Source of the DNA: a virus
Direction: 5' to 3' (one strand)
DNA length: 64,000 bases
Virus record (IMG/VR): IMGVR_UViG_3300044712_000538
Location: 1 to 64,000 of that record
Within the stretch, counting starts at the first letter, position 1; the number at the start of each line of letters is the position of its first letter. This document shows, one piece after another, positions 1-9,931 of the stretch. Made by a program: the position numbers and the translations under genes. Under the pieces are notes generated by a model. It had not been told where the DNA came from and searched no databases. It was given only the letters and a program-made list of their open reading frames with translations.

Positions 1-21
1 CCCTCAGACTCGAATTATCAA

Positions 22-474
22 ATGATCAAGATTGACTCCTTCATCATCAATCCGGAAACCAAGAACTTTGGCGAGATCATATCCCGCCCATCGTCGATGC
101 TGCTGGACCAGTTCCTTATCTTTAATCCGCATGTCATATTTGCCCGGTTGGGGGATAATAACTGGATCGTTGTATGGGGTGGTAATCTCCGCAGCTTGAA
201 GCGCCTTACGGTCCGTCCGGATGACTATGCGCTGCAGATAAAGGCAATAGAGGAGGACATGCTCAAAATGGCTATTTGGCACCAAAAACAGTTGAAAGAT
301 GCTATCGCTAAGAGAGAGGCTGACACCGCAGAAAATACAAGAAAGAAACGCCGTTCGCGCCCTGGTCGTGCGAATAGGATGGCAAGTAAGAATGGCAAGG
401 CTCCGGGCCCGGCTGACGCAAGAAATGCTCGGCCAGAAGATCGGTGTATCGAGGGTGGAGATCTCCCGGATTGA
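22..474 (+). CDS. hypothetical protein
   Basis: 150-aa ORF; its low-complexity C-terminal tail overlaps the next gene. Confidence 0.5.
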   Translation: MIKIDSFIINPETKNFGEIISRPSSMLLDQFLIFNPHVIFARLGDNNWIVVWGGNLRSLKRLTVRPDDYALQIKAIEEDMLKMAIWHQKQLKDAIAKREADTAENTRKKRRSRPGRANRMASKNGKAPGPADARNARPEDRCIEGGDLPD

Positions 475-616
475 AACCGGAAAAGCCGCGACCAATATCC
501 GGCGGCTGGCCACCATATCTGCCGCCCTTGGCTACCCGATCCTATTTCGATTCAAGATGAAGCCGAGGCGTTATAAGGTCAAAACAAAATTTGTGAAAAA
601 GAAAAAGAAGCAATAA
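299..616 (+). CDS. XRE/Cro-C1 helix-turn-helix regulator
   Basis: RLRARLTQEMLGQKIGVSRVEISRIETGK...LATISAALG is a typical HTH_3 pattern. Confidence 0.85.
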   Translation: MLSLRERLTPQKIQERNAVRALVVRIGWQVRMARLRARLTQEMLGQKIGVSRVEISRIETGKAATNIRRLATISAALGYPILFRFKMKPRRYKVKTKFVKKKKKQ

Positions 617-644
617 TTTCAATCAACTAAAACCCATCTTCATA

Positions 645-950
645 ATGAAAAATTTCATCATCGCTTTCCTGCTGTTCTTCTCCGCTGGAGCCTTCGCCCG
701 ATGTACTCCGGATCTGGACGCTTTTGCCAAGGTGCAAATTGAATCCCTCCAGATCCAAGACTATGAATGCGAAGATCCTTTCCTGGTTGCGGTCCCGGCT
801 TTTGCCATCCAGAAGCATGTGCATGATCCCGGTCCGCAGGATGCTTGTAAGCCGCCCGCTATTACTACCGTTAAAAAAAGCGGCAAGGCTAAAGTCTACG
901 ATGATGCGAAATGGCCCGGAAAAAACTCGAAGGTCCGATGGTGCATCTAA
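645..950 (+). CDS. small secreted hypothetical protein
   Basis: signal peptide MKNFIIAFLLFFSAGAFA; four Cys. Confidence 0.65.
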   Translation: MKNFIIAFLLFFSAGAFARCTPDLDAFAKVQIESLQIQDYECEDPFLVAVPAFAIQKHVHDPGPQDACKPPAITTVKKSGKAKVYDDAKWPGKNSKVRWCI

Positions 951-987
951 CCTGATACCAGAAACGAATCAATAATAAGATGAAGGG

Positions 988-1014
988 TCCCCCGATATTT
1001 CGGGGGATTTTTTT
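988..1014 (+). terminator. intrinsic terminator
   Basis: TCCCCCGA-TATT-TCGGGGGA followed by T7. Confidence 0.75.
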
Positions 1015-1068
1015 GGCCGTTATCCGATCTACTTGTAAATTTACAAGCGCACAAAACCACACATTATT

Positions 1069-1452
1069 ATGGCCAGTCTTGAATGCAACCACCCGACCTG
1101 TTCCGGCGCACATTGCCGCCGGCCCAAGAAAGAAAAGGAGCCCTACCGGATCAAGCCGGTATCCCTGAAACGCAAAGAGATCAACAAGATCTATGGACCC
1201 AAAGCGGCCGCGTTCCGGGAAGCCAATCCCCGGTGCGTAATTAATTCTCCATGGTGTAAAAACCATGAGGCAGACGAAAAGGAGAAGACAACCGAGGGTG
1301 TTCACCATGTAAAGGGGAAGCACTCTACTCAAATGCTGCTGGATGAGGACTACTGGCTGCCAGCATGTAATCCTTGCAACAATTACATTGAATCACATCC
1401 GGAATGGGCAACGGCCAACGGATTCAAATTACCCGACTATGGTAGAAATTAA
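1069..1452 (+). CDS. HNH-like zinc-binding endonuclease
   Basis: C..C, VHHVKG, ACNPCNNYIE..P.WA...GF. Confidence 0.7.
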   Translation: MASLECNHPTCSGAHCRRPKKEKEPYRIKPVSLKRKEINKIYGPKAAAFREANPRCVINSPWCKNHEADEKEKTTEGVHHVKGKHSTQMLLDEDYWLPACNPCNNYIESHPEWATANGFKLPDYGRN

Positions 1453-1864
1453 TATTGAGCCGACCACAATTCAGGATGCAGCCGAGGATATGCTTGCGTT
1501 CATTATGACGGCACCGGAAGCACCGACTGATCCAGAGAAATATCCTCCGATTGAATTTGCGTCATGGGTCCACCGGCACTTTGGTCCGTTCTTCCGCAAT
1601 TCGTGGAACCTATGGTGGTATCCTGGCCACAAAACAACGATCTGGCCTCAGGATAGGCCGAAGCTGCTGGAAACATTCGAGAAGAGCGGAATATCCAACC
1701 CGGACGATATTATTGTGCTTACGGCCGTATATGCGTGGAGCATATACCACAACAAGCCGATTCATTTCCTTCATTACATCAACCAATGCAAGGCTTATTG
1801 GGCCCAAAGGGGATACCCGAACGGCCTGTGGTCCAGATACAACAATAACCCGAATGGCGAATAA
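1439..1864 (+). CDS. DUF6794-like protein
   Basis: H..FG..FRNSWNLW...F...GISNPDD motif; ATG 1439 overlaps the upstream stop region. Confidence 0.55.
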   Translation: MVEINIEPTTIQDAAEDMLAFIMTAPEAPTDPEKYPPIEFASWVHRHFGPFFRNSWNLWWYPGHKTTIWPQDRPKLLETFEKSGISNPDDIIVLTAVYAWSIYHNKPIHFLHYINQCKAYWAQRGYPNGLWSRYNNNPNGE

Positions 1865-2342
1865 AAAGCATGTGTTTAAGGTTGGCGGCAAACCGATCAA
1901 GTGGTCCCCTGAGAACCTTGATGCGTATAGCCGGGCTATTGAAAAGCTTACGGTCCCAAAGGCCAAGGCTCCAGCAAGGAAGATCCAGAAGCCGAAACTG
2001 ATAAAGGAGATAGAAGTATTCTTGCAGGCAAACAATATTGAGTACGAACTTGAACATGCCTTCATGGCACCGGAGCGCAAGTTTCGGTTCGATGTGGCGA
2101 TAAAAAAGTACATGATCGCTATTGAGTATGAGGGATTGTTTGCTGAAAAACCAGAACACACCGGGAAGTCCGGACACACAACAAGGGGTGGATACCTTAG
2201 CGATCTGGAGAAATATAATCATGCCACAATGCGGGGATGGAGGATTTTGCGCTACTCAGCCAATAAGGAACAACACCGGGGATGGTCATCGCACATTTTT
2301 CACTTAATAAATACATATCATGAGCCAATTCAAAAAAATTGA
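1854..2342 (+). CDS. DUF559/Vsr-like PD-(D/E)xK endonuclease
   Basis: RKFRFDVAI...IAIEYEG...HTT..GY.SDLEKYN.A...GWRILRY. Confidence 0.8.
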   Translation: MANKKHVFKVGGKPIKWSPENLDAYSRAIEKLTVPKAKAPARKIQKPKLIKEIEVFLQANNIEYELEHAFMAPERKFRFDVAIKKYMIAIEYEGLFAEKPEHTGKSGHTTRGGYLSDLEKYNHATMRGWRILRYSANKEQHRGWSSHIFHLINTYHEPIQKN

Positions 2343-2733
2343 AGGAAGCATGCGGGAGCATGCTCTTCGCAACGAAGCGACCAAAGTAGAAATTGAAATG
2401 TACACACGGAATTTGACCGAGGGCGAAATCGCTCTTGCAAAGGACAGGTTTGCGGCATTGTCAATGCGAAAGAGCCAGATGGAAGAGGAAAAGAAAGAAC
2501 GGGTAAAGGAAATGAACGATGAGATTAAGCGGGTCGGCAAAGAGGCGAAGGATCAGCTTCTTCGCGCAATACAGCGTTGGGAAACTGTTACCGGGAAGGT
2601 TTACTACATCCCGAACTTTGAGGACGGCGTAATGGAAATGTATGATGCCGAGGGAGAACTTATCCATTCCCGGAAGCTTCATCCCGAAGAGCGCCAGCTT
2701 ACCATTGATGGCTCACTCAAAGCAGTAAAATAA
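2320..2733 (+). CDS. coiled-coil hypothetical phage protein
   Basis: 137-aa ORF within the operon. Confidence 0.75.
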   Translation: MSQFKKIEGSMREHALRNEATKVEIEMYTRNLTEGEIALAKDRFAALSMRKSQMEEEKKERVKEMNDEIKRVGKEAKDQLLRAIQRWETVTGKVYYIPNFEDGVMEMYDAEGELIHSRKLHPEERQLTIDGSLKAVK

Positions 2734-2757
2734 TTCATCACTCATAAACCAACTATT

Positions 2758-3510
2758 ATGAATCATCAGATTAACATCACTCCGACCGGCAATGATATTG
2801 CTTTTGCAATGCGGACTGGAGAGTTGCCTAAGATCCCTGTCCTTACCGGGTTTAAGTTAGAGAATGTGTATCTTCCGTACATTGCTCAATACATTTCACA
2901 TCGGATCAACACGCCGCCGCATGATGAATCGCTCAGGAAGCCAGCAAACATTGCTACGGCGTTGGTGGTTGCAAAAATGCCCATGGGGCTTCAAACGCCA
3001 GTAATTACTTTTTACCAGGAGCCGGGTAATCCTTCTGCGGAAGTTGTTACCGGCGAACTGAAATTTTCTGAACAGTACATAACCTTTGTAGAGGAGATAA
3101 AGTTTACGAGGGACGCGCTTGTTCGGACACTTCGGGCCAACAAGAAGTATATTCCGGACTTCGATAATATCATACTGGCTGTAAGGACTTTTTCCGCAAG
3201 CATTGATGCAAACGTGTCTGCCGGGTCTGACAACAGGGCAAATAAGTCTTCTATGATCCTTAAAAATGTCGCCACCACCCTGCCGGAACAGATCAAAGTA
3301 GAGATACCGATCTTTCAGGGTCATGCGTTTTATTCTGCATGGGTTGATGTTTGCTTTGACGTATCGGATTCCGGATCAATGTCGTTTTGGTTCCAAAGTC
3401 CCGAACTAAGGGCTCTTGCCGTTGAAAAGGCTCAGGAGGAAATGAGCTTTACCATAAATAATATCATTGCCTCCTGCCCCGGAATCAACATCGTTTACCA
3501 AAACGTATAA
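2758..3510 (+). CDS. conserved hypothetical phage protein (DUF2303-like C-terminus)
   Basis: 250-aa ORF; LPE.IKVEIPIFQG...FWFQSPEL. Confidence 0.6.
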   Translation: MNHQINITPTGNDIAFAMRTGELPKIPVLTGFKLENVYLPYIAQYISHRINTPPHDESLRKPANIATALVVAKMPMGLQTPVITFYQEPGNPSAEVVTGELKFSEQYITFVEEIKFTRDALVRTLRANKKYIPDFDNIILAVRTFSASIDANVSAGSDNRANKSSMILKNVATTLPEQIKVEIPIFQGHAFYSAWVDVCFDVSDSGSMSFWFQSPELRALAVEKAQEEMSFTINNIIASCPGINIVYQNV

Positions 3511-3512
3511 CC

Positions 3513-3926
3513 ATGGCCATCCCAAGATTAAAAAGGCCTACCAATCAAACCAGCGCGGTCCTGTGGCTTTTTATCAGGAAGCGCACATGGACCCGCTGGA
3601 AAATTGAGGAGTGGACCGGATCGTCCTATCCCCCGGCCAGGATAGCGGATCTACGGAAGGCCGGAATCGTGTTCAGCGACATATTCAAGACGGGGGTGAA
3701 TAAATTTGGGCATACCTTTAATTACCGGGTGTGGACAATGGAAACCCCGGCCCCTGAGGCAATCAAAATATACAACAACATCAATGGAGCAGCTTATTCT
3801 TCTACCAACAGAAAACCCGGAAACGACGACGACGAAAGATACGAAGAGTTCGATCTCGCCAATCTCGTCAGAGCCAGCGTCCTCCTTAAAGACATCGAAG
3901 CCAAACAAGGGAAAGCCAAAGGTTAG
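3513..3926 (+). CDS. winged-helix DNA-binding protein
   Basis: PARIADLRKAG motif (HTH_39-like). Confidence 0.6.
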   Translation: MAIPRLKRPTNQTSAVLWLFIRKRTWTRWKIEEWTGSSYPPARIADLRKAGIVFSDIFKTGVNKFGHTFNYRVWTMETPAPEAIKIYNNINGAAYSSTNRKPGNDDDERYEEFDLANLVRASVLLKDIEAKQGKAKG

Positions 3927-4344
3927 GGTTGTCTACCGGGAGCCGGCACTTTCTGATCGACAGAAGCGGCATAGGGATATGCTGGCGGCTTCGATTAAGA
4001 TCAAGGAGAAGGAGTTCCAGGACTGGCCTACTCATATGGAGGTACAGGGGGCGAGGGTATATAAGCAAGCCGGGGATTTGATGGCGGCTTGTACTGAGTA
4101 TAAGCAGTTGAAGAAACAGGAATCAGATCCAGTGTGGTTAGTTGGTAAGCAGTTTAATCAGGTTGAAAATCTTATTACACAATGCTATCGAAATATTGCT
4201 GCCAATATTCGATTCCTTGAAAAGCTTGAAATGCAAAAAAATCAACTATTGGACTTAATGGCTAGCTTATACGATGATAAGGTTTCTGACGGAGAGATAG
4301 ATATTTTTGATCAAACTAATCCGGAGGAAGTATGGGTACAATAA
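3784..4344 (+). CDS. hypothetical protein
   Basis: start MEQLILL; helical C-terminal half. Confidence 0.6.
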   Translation: MEQLILLPTENPETTTTKDTKSSISPISSEPASSLKTSKPNKGKPKVRVVYREPALSDRQKRHRDMLAASIKIKEKEFQDWPTHMEVQGARVYKQAGDLMAACTEYKQLKKQESDPVWLVGKQFNQVENLITQCYRNIAANIRFLEKLEMQKNQLLDLMASLYDDKVSDGEIDIFDQTNPEEVWVQ

Positions 4345-4694
4345 AGCGACTGACGCACGATTCGTTTATGCCTGGCGGCATTCATTCCAATAAGCAGATG
4401 AAGTACGTCCCGGCGAAGTACCTGTTGTATCTGTATCGGAACAATATGTGTTCTGATCAGGTCAAGGACTACGTTTCCCGATATATGGATGAACTGCAGC
4501 GGGAAGTAAAAACCGATGGTGGCTGGTTGCGGGGCCGGGAAGATCAGGTATCTGCTCAGGCAGAGATTATTTTCGAGCAACTGGCAAAGCAAAACATGCT
4601 ACGGTTCGACCTGAATCAGTTTAAGCAGGACTACCCATCGCTATTCAAGGTAATAATCGATACTGCCGTAAAATTAAAAACCACACAACCATGA
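4332..4694 (+). CDS. DUF3820/QSregVF_b-like protein
   Basis: MPGGIH..KQMK.VPAKYLLYLY resembles MPFGKHKG..VP..YL.W. Confidence 0.6.
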   Translation: MGTIKRLTHDSFMPGGIHSNKQMKYVPAKYLLYLYRNNMCSDQVKDYVSRYMDELQREVKTDGGWLRGREDQVSAQAEIIFEQLAKQNMLRFDLNQFKQDYPSLFKVIIDTAVKLKTTQP

Positions 4695-4966
4695 ACACGA
4701 CCACGGAAATTGAAAGGTTGGTAGCGCCAGCAAAAGAATTTCTGAAGGCTTATTTTTCAGATGGGAAAGAAAGGAGGCCGTCCGACTTTGACGATGACAT
4801 TATGGGTGGGCTTGATACCAGATTTTTGTATGATCGTCCCCCAAGGTGGAATGAATCACCATTTTGCCCGGCACTCGGAGAATTGGTGGAGGAGGGTGTT
4901 ATAATGTTCAAGACAACCGAAGATGGCCAATACGTTTACTGGATGCCAAAAACAGAAGGAGCATGA
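4691..4966 (+). CDS. hypothetical protein
   Basis: ATGA-coupled ORF with AACCACAC leader. Confidence 0.65.
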   Translation: MNTTTEIERLVAPAKEFLKAYFSDGKERRPSDFDDDIMGGLDTRFLYDRPPRWNESPFCPALGELVEEGVIMFKTTEDGQYVYWMPKTEGA

Positions 4967-5424
4967 ATTTTCTGATAAAAAAGCGTGATAACATTTTCAA
5001 CTACTGGAAGCCGGACCCGGAGGACCAGCTACGGAACACCGAGTTCCTGTCCTTTCAGGGGAAGATCCTGCGCTTCCTTGCCCCCAACCGGGTGCAAATG
5101 TTTGCCGTGTTCGCCCCTGGCGCAACGATCAGCTACTTTGATCACCGGAACTTAAAACAGCATACCAGCAAGTCCGAGATCGCGGTAGAAGTGTTCAACG
5201 ACAATTTCTCCCACCCTGAGAAGATGATGAAGGGGATTGATCCCGAAAAGGATTATGTCCTCAATACCCTGACCGGCATCCCGGTTACGGTCGAGCAGTT
5301 GATGGAGGAGGCCGAGAAGCAAAAGAAGATCGCACTGGAGTACGAAAAATTTCTGAACGACAAGAAAAATCCTCTGAAAGTAGATGGAATTGCTGACAGT
5401 ATCCCGGCACAACAAGGAAATTGA
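4963..5424 (+). CDS. hypothetical protein
   Basis: ATGA-coupled ORF directly before the helicase. Confidence 0.6.
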   Translation: MNFLIKKRDNIFNYWKPDPEDQLRNTEFLSFQGKILRFLAPNRVQMFAVFAPGATISYFDHRNLKQHTSKSEIAVEVFNDNFSHPEKMMKGIDPEKDYVLNTLTGIPVTVEQLMEEAEKQKKIALEYEKFLNDKKNPLKVDGIADSIPAQQGN

Positions 5425-6727
5425 GGCTGCGGTCCTTGGGATGATCCTTGTGGATTCATCCTGTTTTGAACTGGTTCACTCTATCGTGCAACCTGACTGC
5501 TTTTACATTTCCGAGCATCAAGCAATTTTCAAAGCCATGGCATCGCTGGCTGCCCAAGGCACCGGCATCGAACTGCTGACTGTGGTGAACGCACTCAAAT
5601 CCAGGAATGAACTGGATGTGATTGGCGGTCCCTTTGTCGTGGCAAAACTGGTGAATCAGGTTACATCCACGGTGCATGCCGAAGACTATGCCCGGATCGT
5701 ATATCAGGACTATCTATCCCGGAGCATCGTCCGGATGGGGATGACCATGGCGGCTGATGGCCAGAATCCTGCCAAAGATCCCCTCCAGTTGGCCGAACAG
5801 GTCCACAAGGATTTTGAATCGCTCAGGGACAAGCTATACAGCGGCAAGGAAATCAGTTTCCAGCAGATCGTTACTGATACCGTCATTCACTCCCTGAAAG
5901 CCCGAGACAACGAAGGATTGGACCTTATAGGCCTGCCAACCGGATCTCCCAAACTGGACCGTTTTACGGGCGGCTGGCAGGCCCCGGACCTCATCATTAT
6001 CGCTGCCCGGCCGGGGTGCGGTAAAACGTCCCTGTCCCTTGATCTGGCCCACCGGCTGGCAGGGAACGGGCACCCGGTAGGGTTTATCAGTCTGGAGATG
6101 GCTGGTCGGCAGCTTGTGACCAAACTTCTGTCCAAGGAAGCCCGGCTATCAGCCCTGCAGATTATGCGCGGTAATTACGGCACGGATCAGGTAGACCGGA
6201 TGGCCAAGGCCGAGGAATCGCTCAGCAAACTACCCATCTATATAAACGACCGGGTTTCCGACATACATGAAATCCGGTCTTGGTGTTATAAGGTGGTAAG
6301 GAAGTTCGGGGTCCGGGCCATATTCATCGACTATCTGCAGTTGGCCGGGGCATATGCGCCTGGCCGGAGCCGGGAGAACGAAATAGCCGAGATCTCAAAG
6401 CAATGCAAGCGGATGGCGAAGGAACTGGACGTTCCGGTGTTCCTCCTCAGCCAGCTTTCCCGAGAGGCTGAGAAGAAGCAGAAGCCTACGCTGGCCACCC
6501 TCCGGGAGAGCGGTGCTATTGAGCAGGATGCGGATCAGGTGATCTTCATTTACGATGATCCGGATGTAGAATTTACCTACCAGATGGAGGATAGCGGGAT
6601 GGCAAAGCCGGTTCATGTTGAATGGGCCAAGTATCGACTGAATACCCCTGCAGCTTTGAAAGCAAGATTTAACCGTAAATATTCCTTCTTTGATTTCGAT
6701 GAACAGGAGGAATTACCCTTATTTTGA
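5384..6727 (+). CDS. dnaB: replicative DNA helicase DnaB
   Basis: E.AVLG N-domain, Walker A ARPGCGKT, SLEM, IDYLQL, LSQLSR, LRESGAIEQDAD. Confidence 0.97.
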   Translation: MELLTVSRHNKEIEAAVLGMILVDSSCFELVHSIVQPDCFYISEHQAIFKAMASLAAQGTGIELLTVVNALKSRNELDVIGGPFVVAKLVNQVTSTVHAEDYARIVYQDYLSRSIVRMGMTMAADGQNPAKDPLQLAEQVHKDFESLRDKLYSGKEISFQQIVTDTVIHSLKARDNEGLDLIGLPTGSPKLDRFTGGWQAPDLIIIAARPGCGKTSLSLDLAHRLAGNGHPVGFISLEMAGRQLVTKLLSKEARLSALQIMRGNYGTDQVDRMAKAEESLSKLPIYINDRVSDIHEIRSWCYKVVRKFGVRAIFIDYLQLAGAYAPGRSRENEIAEISKQCKRMAKELDVPVFLLSQLSREAEKKQKPTLATLRESGAIEQDADQVIFIYDDPDVEFTYQMEDSGMAKPVHVEWAKYRLNTPAALKARFNRKYSFFDFDEQEELPLF

Positions 6728-7068
6728 TGGCTAAAATGGAGTACCCATATTTCAATTACAATTCCCGCAAGATGGTAGTCAGCGAGCGCATTACCATTGA
6801 CTACAAACATAACTGCCTGCTGGAGTTAAATGGGGACCATGTGGAGGCAGCACATAGCCTTGAAGTGTTCCGGGAATACCTTTGGTCCGAATGGCCACTA
6901 CTGGTCTTCCAGTACCGAATAAAAACGATTTTGATTTATAGCAGGAAGGGCGTTCCGGCCCCGATTACAACCTTTGATTGGGAAAGCATTTTTTTGGAAG
7001 CCTGTAAAAATAGCCTTATTTTAGAACGGTTTTTACACATACAACACAACAATAACCGGCATGCGTAA
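6727..7068 (+). CDS. hypothetical protein
   Basis: coupled to the dnaB stop (TGATG). Confidence 0.5.
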   Translation: MAKMEYPYFNYNSRKMVVSERITIDYKHNCLLELNGDHVEAAHSLEVFREYLWSEWPLLVFQYRIKTILIYSRKGVPAPITTFDWESIFLEACKNSLILERFLHIQHNNNRHA

Positions 7069-7435
7069 AAAGGGCGTTTCAAGGGATGTGAAGCCAATCA
7101 TATCCTTGGACTCTATTGAGGTCGCAATGCGGCCAAACTTTTGCTGGATGCAGCATCATAGCCGGAGGTTTATGACTAATCCTACCTTCGAGGGCCATCA
7201 GAGCGTCGGCATTATCATCTTCATCAAGCTTGCTGAGTTGCATGGACATGATCCGGTAGACATTATGGATTACTTGGGGATTGAGCCAGACGAGTACCGG
7301 GAAAAGAAGTCCATGTTTGACGGCGAGTACAAGAATAAGAGATTCCAGGGCAAGGTTCATCTTGTCTTAAACGCTATCTCCAGACGGCATAAGTCGGATC
7401 TGGATATTTCTTCAATCTTAAAATTTAAAGCATGA
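7061..7435 (+). CDS. hypothetical protein
   Basis: 124-aa ORF. Confidence 0.6.
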   Translation: MRKKGVSRDVKPIISLDSIEVAMRPNFCWMQHHSRRFMTNPTFEGHQSVGIIIFIKLAELHGHDPVDIMDYLGIEPDEYREKKSMFDGEYKNKRFQGKVHLVLNAISRRHKSDLDISSILKFKA

Positions 7436-7731
7436 AAAAGTTCTTGAACGTGGCAACACTTGTTGCTATTGGTGTTTTGCTATTTTTCGTGGGTGCCATC
7501 ATCCATGAGAAGAACGTATTGGCCTACGAATATGCTCGATCCGAAATGAAGATCCTTGTTTGGATCTGCCTTGGCATTGCCGTAGTGTACCCGCTGGTTG
7601 CAGACAACATCACCATTGTCCGCAACGAGAATCTGAATACATTTTTGGTCGTGGTAATTTGGGGCCTGATGATTGCTTTGGCATTCCTGTTCGCCGGGTA
7701 TCTTGAATCATTCGGAAATCCATACCTATGA
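7432..7731 (+). CDS. small membrane protein (3 TM)
   Basis: three hydrophobic segments. Confidence 0.7.
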   Translation: MKKFLNVATLVAIGVLLFFVGAIIHEKNVLAYEYARSEMKILVWICLGIAVVYPLVADNITIVRNENLNTFLVVVIWGLMIALAFLFAGYLESFGNPYL

Positions 7732-8228
7732 CAGTATTCACAACGACCAAAGGTCGTCGCCGTGCCCGGCCATGGTGGCTGATCCGACCTGTACTGCTGC
7801 CGCTGAGATATACATCAGTCGTTACGTTCACTCAGAATTGTAAATATTCGCTACCGGGCGAAGACTGGATGGACGCAAACAAGCTTTTGGGTGTCCGGCT
7901 GCTTACTTGGAAGAAAAACAGTTTCCGAATTGGATGGCGCTGGAATCCGTATGACGAATGCATTGAACTATGCGCTTACCGATATACCGATGGGGAGCGG
8001 TTTATCTACTGGTTCCCGGTAAAGTTCAATCGCTACGAAAACATTGTCATAACGCTTGCCTTTTCGGAGCCAGGGGAGGTCGATGTTTTTATCGCCAACA
8101 AGATCGCCACCCGGTTTAAATTCAACTGGACCAAAAGATCCAGACTTGGATTGAAGCATAATGTTTTCTTTGGCGGCAATAATCCCGCCCCTCAGGACGT
8201 TTCTATTTACATCACCACTTTAAATTAA
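7728..8228 (+). CDS. hypothetical protein
   Basis: NKL.G...NSFRIGWRWNP...FFGGNNPAPQD; ATGA-coupled. Confidence 0.7.
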   Translation: MTVFTTTKGRRRARPWWLIRPVLLPLRYTSVVTFTQNCKYSLPGEDWMDANKLLGVRLLTWKKNSFRIGWRWNPYDECIELCAYRYTDGERFIYWFPVKFNRYENIVITLAFSEPGEVDVFIANKIATRFKFNWTKRSRLGLKHNVFFGGNNPAPQDVSIYITTLN

Positions 8229-8235
8229 CACACAC

Positions 8236-8520
8236 ATGCAAGATCAAAACACGCCAACCGTAGAGCAACCGGAAACGTATGGAGAGCGCATTATCCGGTC
8301 GAAATTCAACCCCTCCGGCAGCGAGGATGTTCGGTTCATAAAAGAGTCAACGGCAGCCCTGATTGACAAAAATCGGGCTTCCCTGAAAGCGTATCTCGAA
8401 AAGAACACATCCCCGGAACTGGACGAGCAAAGGAAGGATGCGGCCAGGTGGTCCGCGCTGGCCACTACCTATTACGAAATGGCGGCAATGTTTGCCGTAA
8501 AAGTTGCTACTGCTCCTTAA
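8236..8520 (+). CDS. Acb2/Tad1-like helical hairpin protein (candidate immune-signal sponge)
   Basis: GE...R..FNPSG...IK...A.LID...R..ALA.T.YE.AAMFAVK.AT pattern. Confidence 0.65.
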   Translation: MQDQNTPTVEQPETYGERIIRSKFNPSGSEDVRFIKESTAALIDKNRASLKAYLEKNTSPELDEQRKDAARWSALATTYYEMAAMFAVKVATAP

Positions 8521-8570
8521 AGTCAGTATCTTCACATTTCGGAATCCATAAGCAGCATTTGCGGAAATTC

Positions 8571-8600
8571 AAAAACCCCTGATTTCTATCAGGGGTTTTT
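8571..8600. terminator. bidirectional intrinsic terminator
   Basis: AAAAACCCCTGAT-TTCT-ATCAGGGGTTTTT between convergent blocks. Confidence 0.85.
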
Positions 8601-8655
8601 CTTATATTTGGTTTCGCTTATCCATCGAGATTTTCTTCTCAACCGTCCTGGATTT

Positions 8656-9051
8656 TTATCCGGGACTTTTTTTCGCCCATTTCTCTTCCATCCTTCTGTA
8701 TTTTTCTTTTGAATCGTAGCGCAAATGACAAGCTTGGCATAGTGCCTTGAGCCTATCCAATGAAACATAATGGTTTGTTTCATCGTGATCAAGGTGAGCA
8801 ACAGTCAGCACGACTTTTATCTTTCTAACAGGCCTATTCCTACATTCTCTATTTGCATCTTTCTCGTTGCTGAACCATATCGATCTTAGCTTGTATCGGC
8901 CATCTGTATCCCTGATCGGGAAACGAACTGACCATACGGTTGCGTAATTTTCAAGACCGCACATTTCGCATTTCCCGTCTGCCCTTTTGATTACGGCTGG
9001 AACAATTTCCTTCTTCCAGTTTTCTGGATATTTTTTGTAGTCTATCGGCAT
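8656..9051 (-). CDS. HNH endonuclease
   Basis: YP.NWK, CEMCG, LTVAHLDHD, LKALCQACHLRYD. Confidence 0.85.
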   Translation of the reverse strand: MPIDYKKYPENWKKEIVPAVIKRADGKCEMCGLENYATVWSVRFPIRDTDGRYKLRSIWFSNEKDANRECRNRPVRKIKVVLTVAHLDHDETNHYVSLDRLKALCQACHLRYDSKEKYRRMEEKWAKKSPG

Positions 9052-9057
9052 AATCTA

Positions 9058-9540
9058 TTACGGTAAGTGAATGAACTTTCCGGATATTCCGGATAGTATA
9101 AGCGATCTGGCATTATCTCGACCATATGCAATAAGGCATGACGGAGATCCTGCATTCCATGGCTTCCGGTCCCCGTCAAGGTGGTGGAACTTGATCCGGT
9201 TCCGGATGAACAGTATGCCATGGGCCTTGTACCAAACGTGATCGAAGAACATTTGTGTTTCCGTCCGGGCGAAGATCAGGACAATAGCATTACCATGCTC
9301 GGCGCATTTCTGGAGCCACTGGCCGGTCTTCTTTCCATATGGGGGATTGCAGAATACCCGTCCGGACCATGACTGGATCAGGCCATCATCCAGAACGGTA
9401 TAGTGCTTGTCGGCCGTATCCCATGGCCGGTTGATCGGGCTGCAGGGGTCCAAGTCGAAACGCCCCAAGGCTTTTATGATGCCTGGGGGCGTTAACCATT
9501 CCTCTTTCCCACCTTTCTTCCTGTCGAATGATGTATCCAT
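9058..9540 (-). CDS. phage DNA N6-adenine methyltransferase (Dam-phage family)
   Basis: EWLTPP, FDLDPC, VFCNPPYG, ARTET. Confidence 0.9.
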   Translation of the reverse strand: MDTSFDRKKGGKEEWLTPPGIIKALGRFDLDPCSPINRPWDTADKHYTVLDDGLIQSWSGRVFCNPPYGKKTGQWLQKCAEHGNAIVLIFARTETQMFFDHVWYKAHGILFIRNRIKFHHLDGDRKPWNAGSPSCLIAYGRDNARSLILSGISGKFIHLP

Positions 9541-9920
9541 TAGCCTATGCTTTTCCAGTTCCTAAGGATCTTTTCAATAAACTCTTCGTCTGGCCCGTCT
9601 TCGCAAGCGGGTATGTGGCCGAAGAACATTTTTTGGTAGTTGACATGATCATTGCCCCTTGCCACCATCATGGAAGAAGCTATTGTCCATACCCTCATTG
9701 TGTACGAGGTAATTAACAACTGGTACTGGTTGCTCATTTCAATCCTATATGCGATGGTGGTAAGGGGCTGAGGGGAAATGTAAAATCCATGGTAATGATC
9801 GTCAAAATTACTAATGTACTCAACAAGTACATTTCCAGGAAAAGCCCTTTTGATTAATGCAAGGTGCTGCTCTGCTGCCAATTTGAGTTCTTCGTAAGGC
9901 TGGTCTGATCTTCTTTTCAT
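9540..9920 (-). CDS. hypothetical protein
   Basis: 126-aa ORF with AAAACCACAC leader. Confidence 0.6.
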   Translation of the reverse strand: MKRRSDQPYEELKLAAEQHLALIKRAFPGNVLVEYISNFDDHYHGFYISPQPLTTIAYRIEMSNQYQLLITSYTMRVWTIASSMMVARGNDHVNYQKMFFGHIPACEDGPDEEFIEKILRNWKSIG

Positions 9921-9931
9921 GATGTGTGGTT

